Source: Amphiscolops sp. MND2022
Taxonomy: Eukaryota
Assembly: GCA_964187785.1 (NCBI GenBank)
Contig: OZ076409.1
Span: 58,716,001-58,780,000, forward strand
Length of the DNA stretch: 64,000 bases
Reading direction: 5' to 3'
The translations under genes were made by a program, and so were the position numbers. Positions 12,553 through 25,100 of the stretch are shown here, one piece after another. The notes beneath the pieces are model-generated. The model saw only the letters and a list, made by a program, of their open reading frames with translations, was not told the origin of the DNA and ran no database searches. Within the stretch, counting starts at the first letter, position 1; the number at the start of each line of letters is the position of its first letter.

Positions 12553-15500
12553 TTACCAGCGAGAGTTGTTGCCCTTTCGGTTGTTTTGCCTCTGACCTGA
12601 GAACTGCTGTGGTTGATGGTACCTCTTACCGATTCGACCTGTTAACGGAATCAGATATTCAATGTCGCGCGTTCCATGAAAACATGCGTTAAAGAACAAG
12701 AAACTGTTTGTTAAAACGCACCACCAACAAGTTGATATTATGGAGTATGCTGAATGAAGTTCGACAAATTAATGAATTTGACACAGCGAACTAAATCCTC
12801 CTCTGAATTTTTTTACACTTGTTTCCGACCATTTTCGTGATAAAATTGATTTTCCGCTGTTTCAATATAAGCAATCTAAATCCTAATCAAATTTGACCGA
12901 ATTTAACTTTTTCTTGATTTTTGCTCGAAAGCTTGCAACATATAAAAAAGGTAACATTTCGGTTAGAATATTGTTTGTTTTTGCAGAAACATAACTCAAA
13001 GTAATCTTTATTCAGTCCTAAATCATAGTAGTATTTCCACTGTAGGGTGTCTGTGCCTACAATTGATAGCACATGATCTCTCACTGTTTTATAAGCGCAT
13101 TGAAACCCTCCAAAAAGTCCCGGAATTGTTTTTTCCTGATGTTCCGTTTTTTTTTCTAGTTTTTTTTGGTTTTTTCCCGATGTCAACTTCTGTTCCAGAA
13201 ATAACTGTTCTAAACTTCGCAATTATTAAGAGGCTCCCTTCAACCGGGCAACCGCCTTTTGGGAGTCTTTTCTGGCATCGATCTATTTTTTTGGTGTTTT
13301 AAATTGATGATGTTGCTGGTAATGTAGCCAGATAAATTAATTTATTAGCCAGATAAATTAATTTATTATTATTTACTATTACCTGACTGATTGTTTCGTC
13401 TGCCTGGATTCTGATTGCCACGATTTGAGTTGTTGTTGCGTCTCTGAAATCCCTGAGGAAAGTTCTTCCGGTTCATTCCTGGTCGTTGTTGTGAAAAGCT
13501 AGTCGCTGGGTTTTGTCGTTGACCGAGACGTGATGACATATTACTGCTTTTGTTGCTCCCGAAACTTCTTCCATTGTTGAAAGCAGATGGACCCGAGGGT
13601 TTAGCCCCTGGAATGGTGGCCACGTTCATTGCAGAATAACTTTCTGAGGCCATCATAGTTTATACAAGAAAATTCAAACCAGAACCGCATGTGCGGTGAG
13701 GAGTCAAATTAGGACTTTTCCTTCTGACTCGTTAGAACCCCTTTCATACGATTTTGATGACGGTTTTTGACCATTTTTGTTGGCGGTTTTTGACCATTTT
13801 TGTGCTAATTTTGACTATGTTTCTCAAATCCCAGTTATACGATTTTGAGGCCACTGCGCACGCATCGAATGACTGCAAAATTCAATGAAAATAGTATGGA
13901 CACTTTTTGAGAAATTTGAAATTTTCATTGAAGGGTCGGGAGAAAGAAGTACGATTGCGTAAGTAGTCGAAAATTTTTTCCGACTCCTAAAAAATGAGCA
14001 TGATGAGGGTTACTGGAAGGCTAATGAAATTTATAAAGTATGGTAATGATCATTTAGGCGAAAACGTCTTTCAACTCATCCTTTGAATGACAGGCCAAAT
14101 TTCTGGCCATCATCGCTCCAACTGGAAATAAGCAGGGGAACGACCCAACTCGGCGACCCGCTCAATGCACAAAAGTGTACCCGTGGACGTGGTTTTAGTA
14201 TCACTTGATGAAAAAAGATTTTCTGAAAATCCAAAAGAGTCTGATAGTACTGAAAACCTGACCCTATAGCTTTACATTGGGCGCAAATTATGTGAAATTT
14301 TGGGGAAAAATCAATAAGGTTATACGAGAAATGAAAACGTTATATCTGAAGAGATTTAACTTTGAGAACGTTTTATCTGAATTTAAGTACGTATTAGATG
14401 TTATGAGAAACTTTTTACGCAGCACTTTTTACAGCTGTGAAAATTCTCAAGGAAACGTTATATCCGCTACACGTTATATCCGGAATTCGTTATATCCGGT
14501 TTGCGCTAAATCCGGTATGGGTTGTTTTATTGTCGAAGAGGACTCCTTAGCATTTTTTACAGCTCAAATGCGGTGTGTAGATTGCCAAAAGGGACATTGC
14601 CAAAACTGAACAACTTTTTCGGAGAGTTCAGGTGTCCCAAAAAACCGACAAAAACCCATAACTATAGTCGACTCTTTTAAGAAAAGCGCCGACTAAAAAT
14701 CAGCTCAAATGTAGTATGTAGATTGTCAAATAGCCAACAGCTTATAAAGTCTGTCACTTCGTCGGTCTTAAAAAAAGCCACTACTATAGTCGTCTTTTTC
14801 TACGAAAGCACCGACTAAAAAACTGTCAAAATCAGTAAACGGTCACCAAAATTTTCAGATGGGAAAGAATGTTTTGTTGCAACTTGAACGATGGCAAGTA
14901 ATATCTTGCAAAATTAGGCCCCTGCAGGGCACAGTATTATTTCTGCTTTTAGGCTTTCATGTTCAATAATAGAAGCATATCACTACCAGTTTATACCGCT
15001 TTTAATTCTCGGACTAAAGAAAACATAACTACTAAGCGTAGATGAAGTTTCGCATTCGCATTTGAAAGCAGGCGAAGCTCTCGGCGAACGAATAACTAAC
15101 ACTCGTTCGCTTCATCTCAATAACTCGGCGTACGAAAGCATTACCACTCGCTCGTTCCATCGCACGAGAAACGAATTGTTGTCGGCAGGTTGAGAAATTT
15201 AAATCTCACGCTTATACTCACTGCCGATCAAAATATCTGATTTTTTTCAGTAGGCACTCATAATCTCGAAAAAATTGAACAGAAAAAAGTTCAATAATTC
15301 AAATTTCAATATTATTCCTGCTATCGCAGTAACAATATGATAAGATTGGAAGCTTCCTTGCAAAGAATTGGACCTAGGCAGACTTCAGATGGGGCCACCA
15401 TACCTAGCCTAGCTTGTACTCCCAATCTGGATTTCATGGGCTTCTTTTCAACTCTTTGAGATATTCTTCCTCCGATGTTTTTGACATCTTTGGCTGATTG

Positions 15501-16655
15501 GGTTTTGAGTGCTGCTGCAGCACCGATGCCCGCACTAGCTTCTAACAGAGCCTGGGTTATGGCGGCCAGAGGGTATCCCCCCAAACTGTCTTTTTTCGGA
15601 GCACCTTTTTGGGGTTTGGAGATCTGCAAAGATATTATCAGAGGTGAGCTTAAACACGCCATCAGCGGAATGAGCCATCATTGCATCGCTAAACGCTCAA
15701 AAAAATTTCAAATATGTGTAAAATTTTGATATTATCAATTCATATCGGCGGGAAACAAACCCACGACTTCCTGCCTATACGGATGGTCCTGAAACCACTA
15801 GGTCAGTCAAATGGCCTTTAATTCTGAGCTGTAAACTTTAAAACTATTTTGATTACTGAGACTGGACTGATAAAAAACAGACGCGATTGCTACAATAAGT
15901 TGTCAACTGATCCTAGACCCCATTTCATGATTATAATTACTCTCTAATAATACGCTCTACTCTAATAATTCATTGTTATCCGGTTAATTCGTAATGCACA
16001 TCATTGTTACAGGTTCCATTGGCTTGCGCAACGATTTAGGCAGATTTTACTAACATCCATATAAATACCATTCATAAATATTTACCCAAAGAATAACCAA
16101 TATTATTTTAACAGAGGTATTTTTGGCATTGAATACATAACCGAAAACTGCTGGAATCTCATCAAGCTAGCTGTCTTCCGAAGGATAATTTTTAAATGAA
16201 TGAATTGTTAAGTCAAAATAAATCGAGAATTTTTGCATTTCTTTTCAGTTCGCTGTCCGATGAAACTTTGACATTGATTTGATCGCAAAATAAAAACTAC
16301 TTGAATATCCCACTTGTTACATAATAACTAAATAACTACTTGTTATGAAGTAGTAACGACTTGTTTGCTTTAGTAAAAACTTTCCGAACCTCTTTTGAAA
16401 TACACAACCAAGTATTGAAAACCCGCCAACCTTGAACAAATTGCTTTTGGCCTTGGAGGCAATTTTCCGGGCGACCTGAGTTTGCATTTGGGGAACACGA
16501 CCTTTGACCTTGGTAACCCCGCCACCTAACCCGGCTGCCCTGGGAATGTTGACCATTCGAGGCACAGCGGTCGATGCATGATTGGGGGCTACTCGAAGCA
16601 ATTTCGTCTGTTGATCTCGCTTCATTGAAGCAAATCTCTCGCTCAGCGATGGCAT
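12553..16655 (-). CDS. CHTOP/Fop-like basic low-complexity protein; predicted exons 16431-16655, 15404-15623, 13383-13643, 12553-12638 (263 aa)
   Basis: Phase-compatible GT-AG junctions. N-terminal MPSLSERFASM and AAALKTQ...KSRLGVQARLG resemble CHTOP SLNERF and QAALK..KQRLG..QARLG motifs, followed by an R/G/N/Q-rich C-terminus. The exon-3 acceptor is weak, so that boundary is uncertain. Confidence 0.6.
14130..14822 (-). mobile_element. Helentron-like repeat family 1 fragments (intronic)
   Basis: Start ggggaacgacccaactcggcg; two ends, gaaaagcgccgactaaaaa (~14699) and gaaagcaccgactaaaa (~14820). Confidence 0.5.
14911..15335 (-). mobile_element. Helentron-like repeat family 2, copy A
   Basis: Hairpin ggcccctgcagggc plus subTIR tattatttctgc ... 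gcagtaa; core actaagcgtagatgaagtttcgcattcgcatttg shared with the copies at 17083 and 37980. Confidence 0.7.
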
Positions 16656-16703
16656 AGCTTCTCTGAAGAAGAAAAACCAAGTGAATATGCCTTGTTTTGA
16701 AAA

Positions 16704-17010
16704 AAGACGGGAACGTCCAAAGTCGGCGCTATATCTAAAGCGCAAAAAGCGCAACGTTTTCAAAACTGTAAAAGGGGACACTTTGGGCTTTTTGAAAATT
16801 CAGTTTGTTGCAAAATATCAAAAAAAATTGAAGGTAACCCTTTGGTGCAATCCAAAAATTTTCAACAGTCTCACAAAGCCGAAAAAAGCGTGCGGTAAAA
16901 GTCTCATAGCGCCGAAACAATTGGAAAGATGTGACCCTTCTACTTTAGATTGGTTTTTTAGAGGCTTTGGATGCCTTCAAAATGAAGTACTAAGTATTGT
17001 TTTGGATAAA
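16704..17010 (-). mobile_element. Helentron-like repeat family 1, partial copy
   Basis: aagacgggaacgtccaaagtcggcgctatatctaaag start and internal aaaggggacactttggg blocks. Confidence 0.6.
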
Positions 17011-17082
17011 TTTTTAGAAGTTTGCAGAAAAGAATCGCATATTTCAACTTGATGCATATTTCCCCAAACGTTCTTATTTGTG

Positions 17083-17547
17083 AAAATAGGCCCCTCCGGG
17101 GCACACTATTATTTCTGCTTTAATCTTTCATTAATAATAGAATCATATCTGGAATACCAATACATTCCTGTTTATCATTATTTAGCGCACAATTAATCAT
17201 TGTACCAGTTTATACCGCCTTTAAATCTCGGACTAAAGCAAATATAACTACTAAGCGTAGACGAAGATTCGCATTCGCATTTGAATGCAGACGAAGCTCT
17301 CGGCGAACGAATAATTAACACTCATTCGCTTCATCCCAATGACGTCAACGTAGGAATGCATAATTACCACTCGCTCGTTCCATCGCACGAGAATTGAAAT
17401 GTCGTCGGCAGCTTGAGAAACTTAATTCTCACGCTTATAGTCACTGCCGAACAAAATATCTGAATTATTCAGTATCATGCGAAGAATTTTACTGAAAAAA
17501 AAGACATCTTGAGGTTTCAATAATATTCCTGTTATCGCAGAAATAAC
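17083..17547 (-). mobile_element. Helentron-like repeat family 2, copy B
   Basis: aaaataggcccctccggggc hairpin plus tattatttctgc ... gcagaaataa; similar to the copies at 14911 and 37980. Confidence 0.75.
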
Positions 17548-17550
17548 AAA

Positions 17551-18159
17551 CAAGACGGGAACGTCTAAAGTCGGCGCTATATCTAAGGCTCAAAAAGCGC
17601 AGAGTTTTCTAAATATGCCCAGGATGTATTCATGAAAAGCTTTGAAAACACTTTCGAGACACCCAAAGTGTGCCTTTCATGCTCGATATGACTGGAAAAT
17701 CACTTTTCCCGACTGGAAACAAAAAAAATTGAAAATTTTTCTGAAAATTTTTTTTTTGAAAAAAAACTTCGAAAACGTCGCACAGTGCCAAAAAATGAAA
17801 AGGGGGGACCCTTTGGGATTCATTAACATAATTTGTTGCAAAATATCAAAAAATCCGAAGGGGGGACTCTTTTGAGACATCAAAAAATTTCGAAAAAAAA
17901 ATTCGCACAGTGCCGAAAAAAAATTGAAAAGGGGGACCCTTTGGAGTCTTCCGGTTTTGTAGGTTACGTAAAAAAGGTGAAAAACGAAAGGGGGGACCCT
18001 TTGCAGTAAGTTTGCATTCGTCGAACTTGGCCTGAGTGAACTTATCAGTTTCTGTAAAAAGTGGTACATACGCGATGAGCTCTGTGGTCTGACGAAAAAA
18101 AAACTAGCCACTGTAATAGTCGGGCTTTTTTCCTTAAAGGAAAATGCGCCGACTAAAAA
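17551..18159 (-). mobile_element. Helentron-like repeat family 1, full-length copy
   Basis: caagacgggaacgtct-aaagtcggcgc ... agtcgggcttttt-ccttaaagg-aaaatgcgccgactaaaaa. Confidence 0.8.
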
Positions 18160-18289
18160 TGTAAAAAACCCAAACCTAAAAACTTCTAACTGAAAGTGTT
18201 GTTTTTTGAACGATTCTCCCGATTTGAACGAGTGATAAAAGTGAAAGAAAAATAAATTCCGTCTCACGCAGAAGTTTTGACAATCAATA

Positions 18290-18902
18290 GTTTTAGTCGG
18301 CGCCTTTTCCTTTAAGGAAAGAAGCCCGACTATTACAGTGGCTAGTTTTTTTTTCGTCAGACCACAGAGCTCATCGCGTATGTACCATTTTTTACAGAAA
18401 CTGATATGACTACTCAGGCCAAGTCAGGCCAATGGAAACTTAGTGCAAAAAGTCCCCCCTTTCATTTTTTTACCTTTTTTACGTAACCTACAAAACCGGA
18501 AGAGACTAAAGGATCCCCCCTTTCAATTTTTTTCGACACTGTGCGAAATTTTTTTCGAAAATTTTCTAAGGTCTCAAAAGAGTCCCCCCTTCGAGTTTTT
18601 TGATATTTTGCAACAGAATGTATATTAATGAATCCCAAAGGGTCCCCCCTTTTCATTTTTCGGCACTATGCGTTATTTTCGAAGTTTTTTTTCAAAAAAA
18701 AATTTTCAGAAAAATTTTCAAATTTTATTTTGTTCCCAGTCGGGAAACAGTGATTTTCCAGTCATATCGAGCATGAAAGGCACACTTTGGGTGTCTCGAA
18801 AGTGTTTTCAAACCTTTTCATGAATACGTCCTGAGCATATTTAGAAAACTTTGCGCTTCTTGAGCCTTAGATATAGCGTCGACTTTAGACGTTCCCGTCT
18901 TG
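18290..18902 (+). mobile_element. Helentron-like repeat family 1, full-length copy, inverted relative to 17551-18159
   Basis: ttttagtcggcgcc...gcccgact ... gcgtcgactttagacgttcccgtcttg; close to the reverse complement of the preceding copy. Confidence 0.8.
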
Positions 18903-19292
18903 TTATATACATATTTTGTGCCACAATTCTTAACCTCAATTAACAATGATACTTAAAGCAGCCTTTTTAAAACTTCTGAACCGTTTTCCCGGCAGCCCGG
19001 ATTTTTTAAAACTTGAGACTTGGATTTTGAAGATTTCAGAGTTACCTTTAGCCAACTATGGCAAGTTAACCAAAATCACATACTTCGAGTTGGCTTTTTC
19101 CTAAAAGCTGGCGGGGCGGGATAGGAAGTACATGTAAATAAGATATGTCAATTCCATTTCAAATCAAATTATAACTTCTATAATCATCACCAGAGATACA
19201 GTATTTACAATTAATAAATTCGTTTGTAAAACAAGGCCACATTATACATAATCAAAGTGAAATAATTAGATTCAATTTCCTGGGACTGGGAA

Positions 19293-20362
19293 TCATGTTT
19301 TCTGGGACTGAGAAAAGCGATCGAACGCTTGCTCTAACATGGTTCTCAGGTGCGGGTAATAGACGGAGTATTCTTTTAACCCCTCGTTGCGGATATTCTG
19401 CACATAAACCTCCAAAGCGGAACCCAAGAAAGCGACTCTGTCTTTCTCGGTGGGGTGCTCAGCAAACCATTTACTCACATCAGCAATGTCCATATTTGAT
19501 ATCACGTGAACAGGAGCAATTGACGGACAAGCTTTGGAGAAGAGAAGTAAAATCAAGCTACTCATTCTCACAAGATCTGAAGATTTCACGAGGTCAATCA
19601 ATTCTTCAGGTGAACTTTTCAGCGCTGACTTGAAAAGTCTCAGCCCTTTGAATGAGAACGAAGTCCCGGGTTTCAGAATTTTCAAAGACTGTTCGAACAT
19701 TTCTACATCGTTTTCAATGATGACGTAATTTTCAGGCCCTATTTCTTGCGCACCCATCATTATTGCAACATGGAGCATAAAAAAATCAGTAGCCGATATG
19801 AAAAGTTCGTTCATAACTGAATCTAAACAGGAATCGCAGTTGAATTTGCTCAGATAACTGGTGCTCACGCGTTCTGTGAATGATGAAAGTTCCTTGATAT
19901 ACAAAGAAGCAGATTTATTATGCTCATCTGATGACAACGACCCAAATTTCTTCACCTTATTCTGAGCTTCGTTCACGACATTTTCCTGGTGCATCGTCTT
20001 TATGATATCTTTGATGTATTTCTCAGCTTTGTCCATCCAAGTTTTAATAATCTGACAAACTGTTGATTCTAATTTATCCAATGCTGGTTGCAACACTGCC
20101 AAACAAGTCTTCGACATGCTGAGTTTCGATAATGCAGTTTCCAAGTCATTTTTGAAAGAATAAACATGGTTTGCAATGCTGATCATGAATTCTTGGGTCG
20201 AATTCACAGGTCCCAAAAGTTGCCAACATTCTGGAACACTGTTAGGCACAATTTCTTCAATTTTAATGGCAAAAAGGTTGATGGCTTTGACCACATTTCG
20301 ACATACAAGTTCCATTAAGTCCAAATCGAAAAGAACCACCGTGAGTTCTGTTGATATTGCAT
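19293..20362 (-). CDS. COG5: Conserved oligomeric Golgi complex subunit 5, last coding exon
   Basis: Acceptor ttttag at 20363-20368. Translation (N)AISTELTVV...NVVKAINLF...QLLGP...TMHQE...SLYIKEL...KWFAEHPTEKDR...ALEVYVQ...YYP matches the COG5 C-terminal half. Confidence 0.9.
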
Positions 20363-20644
20363 CTAAAATGAATAAACGAAGTAATAAAATCAGATGGCTT
20401 TTTCACATTTCTGACATTGCAGTTTCGTCCTGTGCATTTTCTGGTAGTCGAAATTTCCACAGGATATTTTGTCAAAAGCACCAAAAAAATTTTCAGATAT
20501 TCAAAAGCGTACAAACGGGCAGAAAACTATGCACTCTAAATCTCACTGCAAACCAAGTCTTCTCAGAAAAGTGCAATTTTGTGAAGCACAACATGCTGGT
20601 GCTGACCTCATTCCATTACAAAACATGGAAGTCGCTGAATTAAA

Positions 20645-20967
20645 CAAGACGGGAACGTCTAAAGTCGGCGCTATATCTAAGGCTCAAAAAGCGCAAAGTT
20701 TTAGAAATACCAGGACGTTTTTATGAAAAACTCAGAAAACAGTTTCGAAACACCCAAAGGGTGCCTTTCATACTCGATAAAACTCGGAAACCACTTTTCT
20801 CCAACTGAAAGCAGGAAAAACTTTTGAAAAAAATTCGCAAAATGTCGCATAATGCCGAAAACCTTAAGGAGTCCTATATGCCCGCAAAACGTTTCGTTTC
20901 TAGTAAAAGTCGAGGGGGTGTCGATAAAAACAAATTGGAAAAACAAAATTCGGATATAGCGTGCTGG
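20645..20967 (-). mobile_element. Helentron-like repeat family 1, left half of the copy split by the Polinton
   Basis: caagacgggaacgtctaaagtcggcgc start; resumes at 35112, collinear with the uninterrupted copy at ~11531-11640. Confidence 0.8.
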
Positions 20968-21199
20968 AGTAGTAATCGAATTCCCGTTCCTAATATATAA
21001 AAACCCTAAATTTAAGCATTTTTTCCAAAAAAATCGATAAAATTGGTGTTTTTTCACTATTAAAAAATAAAAAAATTTAAGCTCGTAAAATCATCAAAAT
21101 TTAGCATTTTTTCAAGGCAAACCATCTAAAACTAGCCTTTTTTCACAACTAAAAATTTAACAAAATAAAAATCGATGAGCAAATTTTTCCAGTGGAAAA
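20968..21199 (+). repeat. Left terminal inverted repeat of the Polinton
   Basis: Reverse complement of 34873-35105; outer 164 bp identical. Confidence 0.95.
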
Positions 21200-21619
21200 C
21201 TTTGTCACAAACCAAAATTGAACTAACCTCCATCGACGTATAATAGAATTATTACCACATCGTGAAGAAAAAATGAATACTTACCAAATGCGTTTAAGTA
21301 GAAAACACAAGTGTCCAAATTGAAAACGAGTTTTTTTCTTCATTTTTACCCATCAAAAAATTACATATAAAAATGATGAACACATTTTTCATTATTGATA
21401 AATTCAATGGTGCGCACAAGTGGACACCACAACTGTTGGAAAAATTACCACCATATAAATTTCAAACAAAATTTCACGCACCAGATGGTCGTCTGACCTT
21501 GAGGTGCATTCGGAATGCACCAAAATTTCATTTTTCACTTTTCTATCTACAGTCACAGCAAACAGCATGGCCGAAGAAATGAAACTGGCAAAGAGACTTT
21601 TTCCATTCGGACTTTCACT

Positions 21620-22030
21620 CTTAAACATGTAGAGATTACTAATAGGTCAGGAAAAAGGCCATAACTCAACGAATATTTGAGTTACAACAAAGTATAATAT
21701 ACCATTGAAAAGGTCTCGACAAGGGCTATCTATCTAGATACAATTCGAAAACCTAGTACAAATGTATACTATCTGAAACTTCGAAAAACCTGAAACCCTT
21801 AAACATGTAGAGATTATAAAAGTTCAACATATCACAGTGTATGATACATCATTGGAAAGGTCTTGAGTTGGAGATCACAGATTTTGAATATTTTCATGAT
21901 TGGGTACCCACAACTGAAACTATACCATCTCAAACCTGAAACCCTTAAACATGTAGAGATTATAAAAGTTTAAGATATTGCCATGTGTGATACATCATTG
22001 GAAAGGTCTTGAGTTTCTGATTACAGATTA
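21620..22030 (+). repeat. Degenerate direct repeats (~146-178 bp spacing) in the Polinton left non-coding region
   Basis: cttaaacatgtagagatta at ~21620, ~21798 and ~21944; cattg(a/g)aaaggtct in each unit. Confidence 0.75.
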
Positions 22031-22183
22031 TAAAAATTTTCTTAAATGAAATATTTATCATTCAAATCTGTGGCAAATTTTAATACCTTACCACCACAAA
22101 ATTAAAATATTTTTCACCAATTTTTTGAAAAATTATATTTGAAAAATTTTTAATTAAACTATTTTTTTCTTTAATAAATAGAA

Positions 22184-25100
22184 ATGGAGAATTGTAGTAT
22201 TTGTAATTTAAATTATAAAAAAGCTTTCAAGTCTGATCATCTAAAATCAGTAAAACATCTTGAAAAATTAAATCAATATTATTGTAAAAAATGTTATTTA
22301 TATATGCCTATCTCAGATAAAAGTTCTCATTCAAATTCAGATGAACATAAAAACCGCATCAATAAAATATGGTGTGAAGATTGTAGTAAATATATATCTG
22401 ATACAACAAGACATTTCCAAAGTGAAATTCATTTACGAAACCGTCAACAAAACGGTATGCAAAGCCAGCGAAGCTGTATTACAGATTTCGGTACAGCTTT
22501 GCTGCCCTCCGGTAATGGAGTAAATATAATTGTGAATGAAAACACATACATTAAACTGAAAATAAATCCAACTGAAAATCTTGAAAATCGTATAAAAGAA
22601 TTAATAAGTAAAAGGTACTTTCCTCGATTTAAATATCAATTGAGTTATCTAGCTAAATTTTCAAAAATAATCAATGGAGAAGAAGAAGTATTTAAAAGAT
22701 GGATAAAATCAGATCTAATATATAATCATACACAACAAGATACTCATAACACATTAATACAGAAATTAGATGATGAACAATTAGAAGGATCAGGTTTTGT
22801 GTTTCAAGAAATAGAAGAAGTTATATTAGAAATATATAAAGTTAATGATATTCAAGCATCTTCATATATTGAGTTACCACCAAAATATAAAAACAGCCAA
22901 TCAATAATAAATATAAAAAATAATGATCAATTGTGTTTTCTATGGTGTATATTAGCATATTTATTTCCAGTTGAGAATAATAAAAATATAACATCGAGTT
23001 ATTCAAAACATTTTGATAAATTCAACCTAGAAGGTTTAGAATTCCCTATGAAAGTCTAAGATTTTCCCAAGTTTGAAAATTTAAATATTGGACTGTGTAT
23101 AAATGTATTCGAACTCACAGGAAATGTGCTAACACCAATCCACGTTAACAAAAATTACTTACAACCACAAATAGATTTATTATTATATCAAAATCACTAT
23201 TGTTTAATAACAAAATTGCATTGTTTAATAAATAAAGATTCACATATGAAACATGTATGTAGAAGATGTTTAACAGCATTTAGTTCACAACCAGTTCTAA
23301 TTGATCATATAGATCGTTGTCAAAAACAGCAACCAACTAAAATTACATTCAGTTGGAAGGATCAGTTAAAGTTCGAAGATTATTATATGAAAGTTCCTGT
23401 ACCAATAAGAGTATATGCTGACTTTGAATGTATCAATCAACCTCAAAATACCCCCAACGCGTTATTCAAACAAATTCCAATTGCAGTAGGATATTATGTA
23501 ATTTCACCATTCGGAAATTATTACTATTCATATTTTGGAACAGATTGTACCAAGTGGTTTGTAAAGGAAATGTTAAAATTAGAACTAGAAGCAAATAAAT
23601 ATTTTAAAACAAACTTAGAATTACAAATAACTCCTCAAGAGGAAGAATCATTTCAACTTGCAGAAGAGTGTTGGCTTTGTGAAAATCCACTCGATGATAC
23701 TAAGGTTAGAGATCATGATCATCTAACAGGAAAATACAGAGGAGCAGCTCATAATATATGTAACATAAATTGTAAACAAAGGTCATCAAGTTTTGTTCCT
23801 ATATTTTTCCATAACTTTTCTGGGTATGATTGTCATCTTATATTTGAAGAACTCTTAACCGAAGCATACAATCAAAATTATAATCCAACGATAATTCCAA
23901 AATCACTGGAAAATTATGTTAGTGTACAAGTAGGTTGTTTGAGATTCTTAGATTCATACCGATTTCTTTCTTCCAGTTTAAATAAATTAGTTAAGAGTTT
24001 AGACAATTTTCCTATCATGAAATTGGAAGGAATGAGTGATGATTTATTTAAAAAGAAATTAGCTTATTCATATGAATACTTAAATCTTGATAACTTTCAG
24101 GAACCATTAAATCTAACCAAAGAAGATTATTGGTCAACATTAACACAATCTTATCCATCAGATGATGATATAAAAAGAACTCAAGAATTAATTGATAAAA
24201 ATAAAATTAAAAATGGAAGAGAATTAACAATGTTATACTTAAAAATGGATGTTCTTTAATTAGCTGATGTATTTGAAAACTTTGTGGAAAGTTCTACACG
24301 AGAATATAAAATTAATCCTTTGTACTCTTATAGTCTACCTGGTTATACATGGAAAGCAGGATTGAAGTTGACTAATATTGAATTAGATTATATAAAATGT
24401 AAAGAATTATTATTACTTTTAGAAAATAATATCCGTGGAGGAATTTCAAGTGTAATGGGAGATCGTCACGTGCAATCTGATGAAAATAAACAAATCTTAT
24501 ATATCGATGCAAATAATCTATATGGATGGGCAATGAGCCAATATCTTCCTACTGGCGAACTCGAAATATTACCTCTTAATCCGTGTAATTACACAGATAA
24601 TTACAATCTAGAGCAATTAGTAGAAGATTTATTACAAATACCTGATGATAATGAATATGGTTACTTCATAGAATGCGATTTAGAATATCCTGTTGAAATT
24701 AAAGAAAAAACAAAAAACTTTACTTTTTGTCCGTATCAAACAAAAGCAGATCCAGACTTATTCTCAGGTTATATGAATAGTGTAAATCAACCTAATTACA
24801 AACCAACATCAAAACTTATGTGTGATGTAACCAATAAATCGAAATATATGATACATTATAGGATGTTTAAGTTTTATCTTAACCAAGGGATGAAAGTAAC
24901 GAAGATACATACTATCTATAAGTTTAAACAAAGTCCATGGTTAGGTAAATATATCGATCATAATACTCAGAAACGCACAGTAGCGAAAACAAACTTTGAA
25001 AAGGATCTTTATAAATTAATGAATAATGCTTTCTTTGGGAAGACAATGGAAAATGTAAGAGATAGAACCAATCTAGAATTCATTGATCATTCTCAAATAG

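Noticed and set aside
17642..18656. ORF-track proteins within the Helentron-like repeats (also 62769-63299 and 35116-35361)
   Set aside because: They are K/F-rich translations of A/T-run repeats with no domain motifs and are not conserved between copies.
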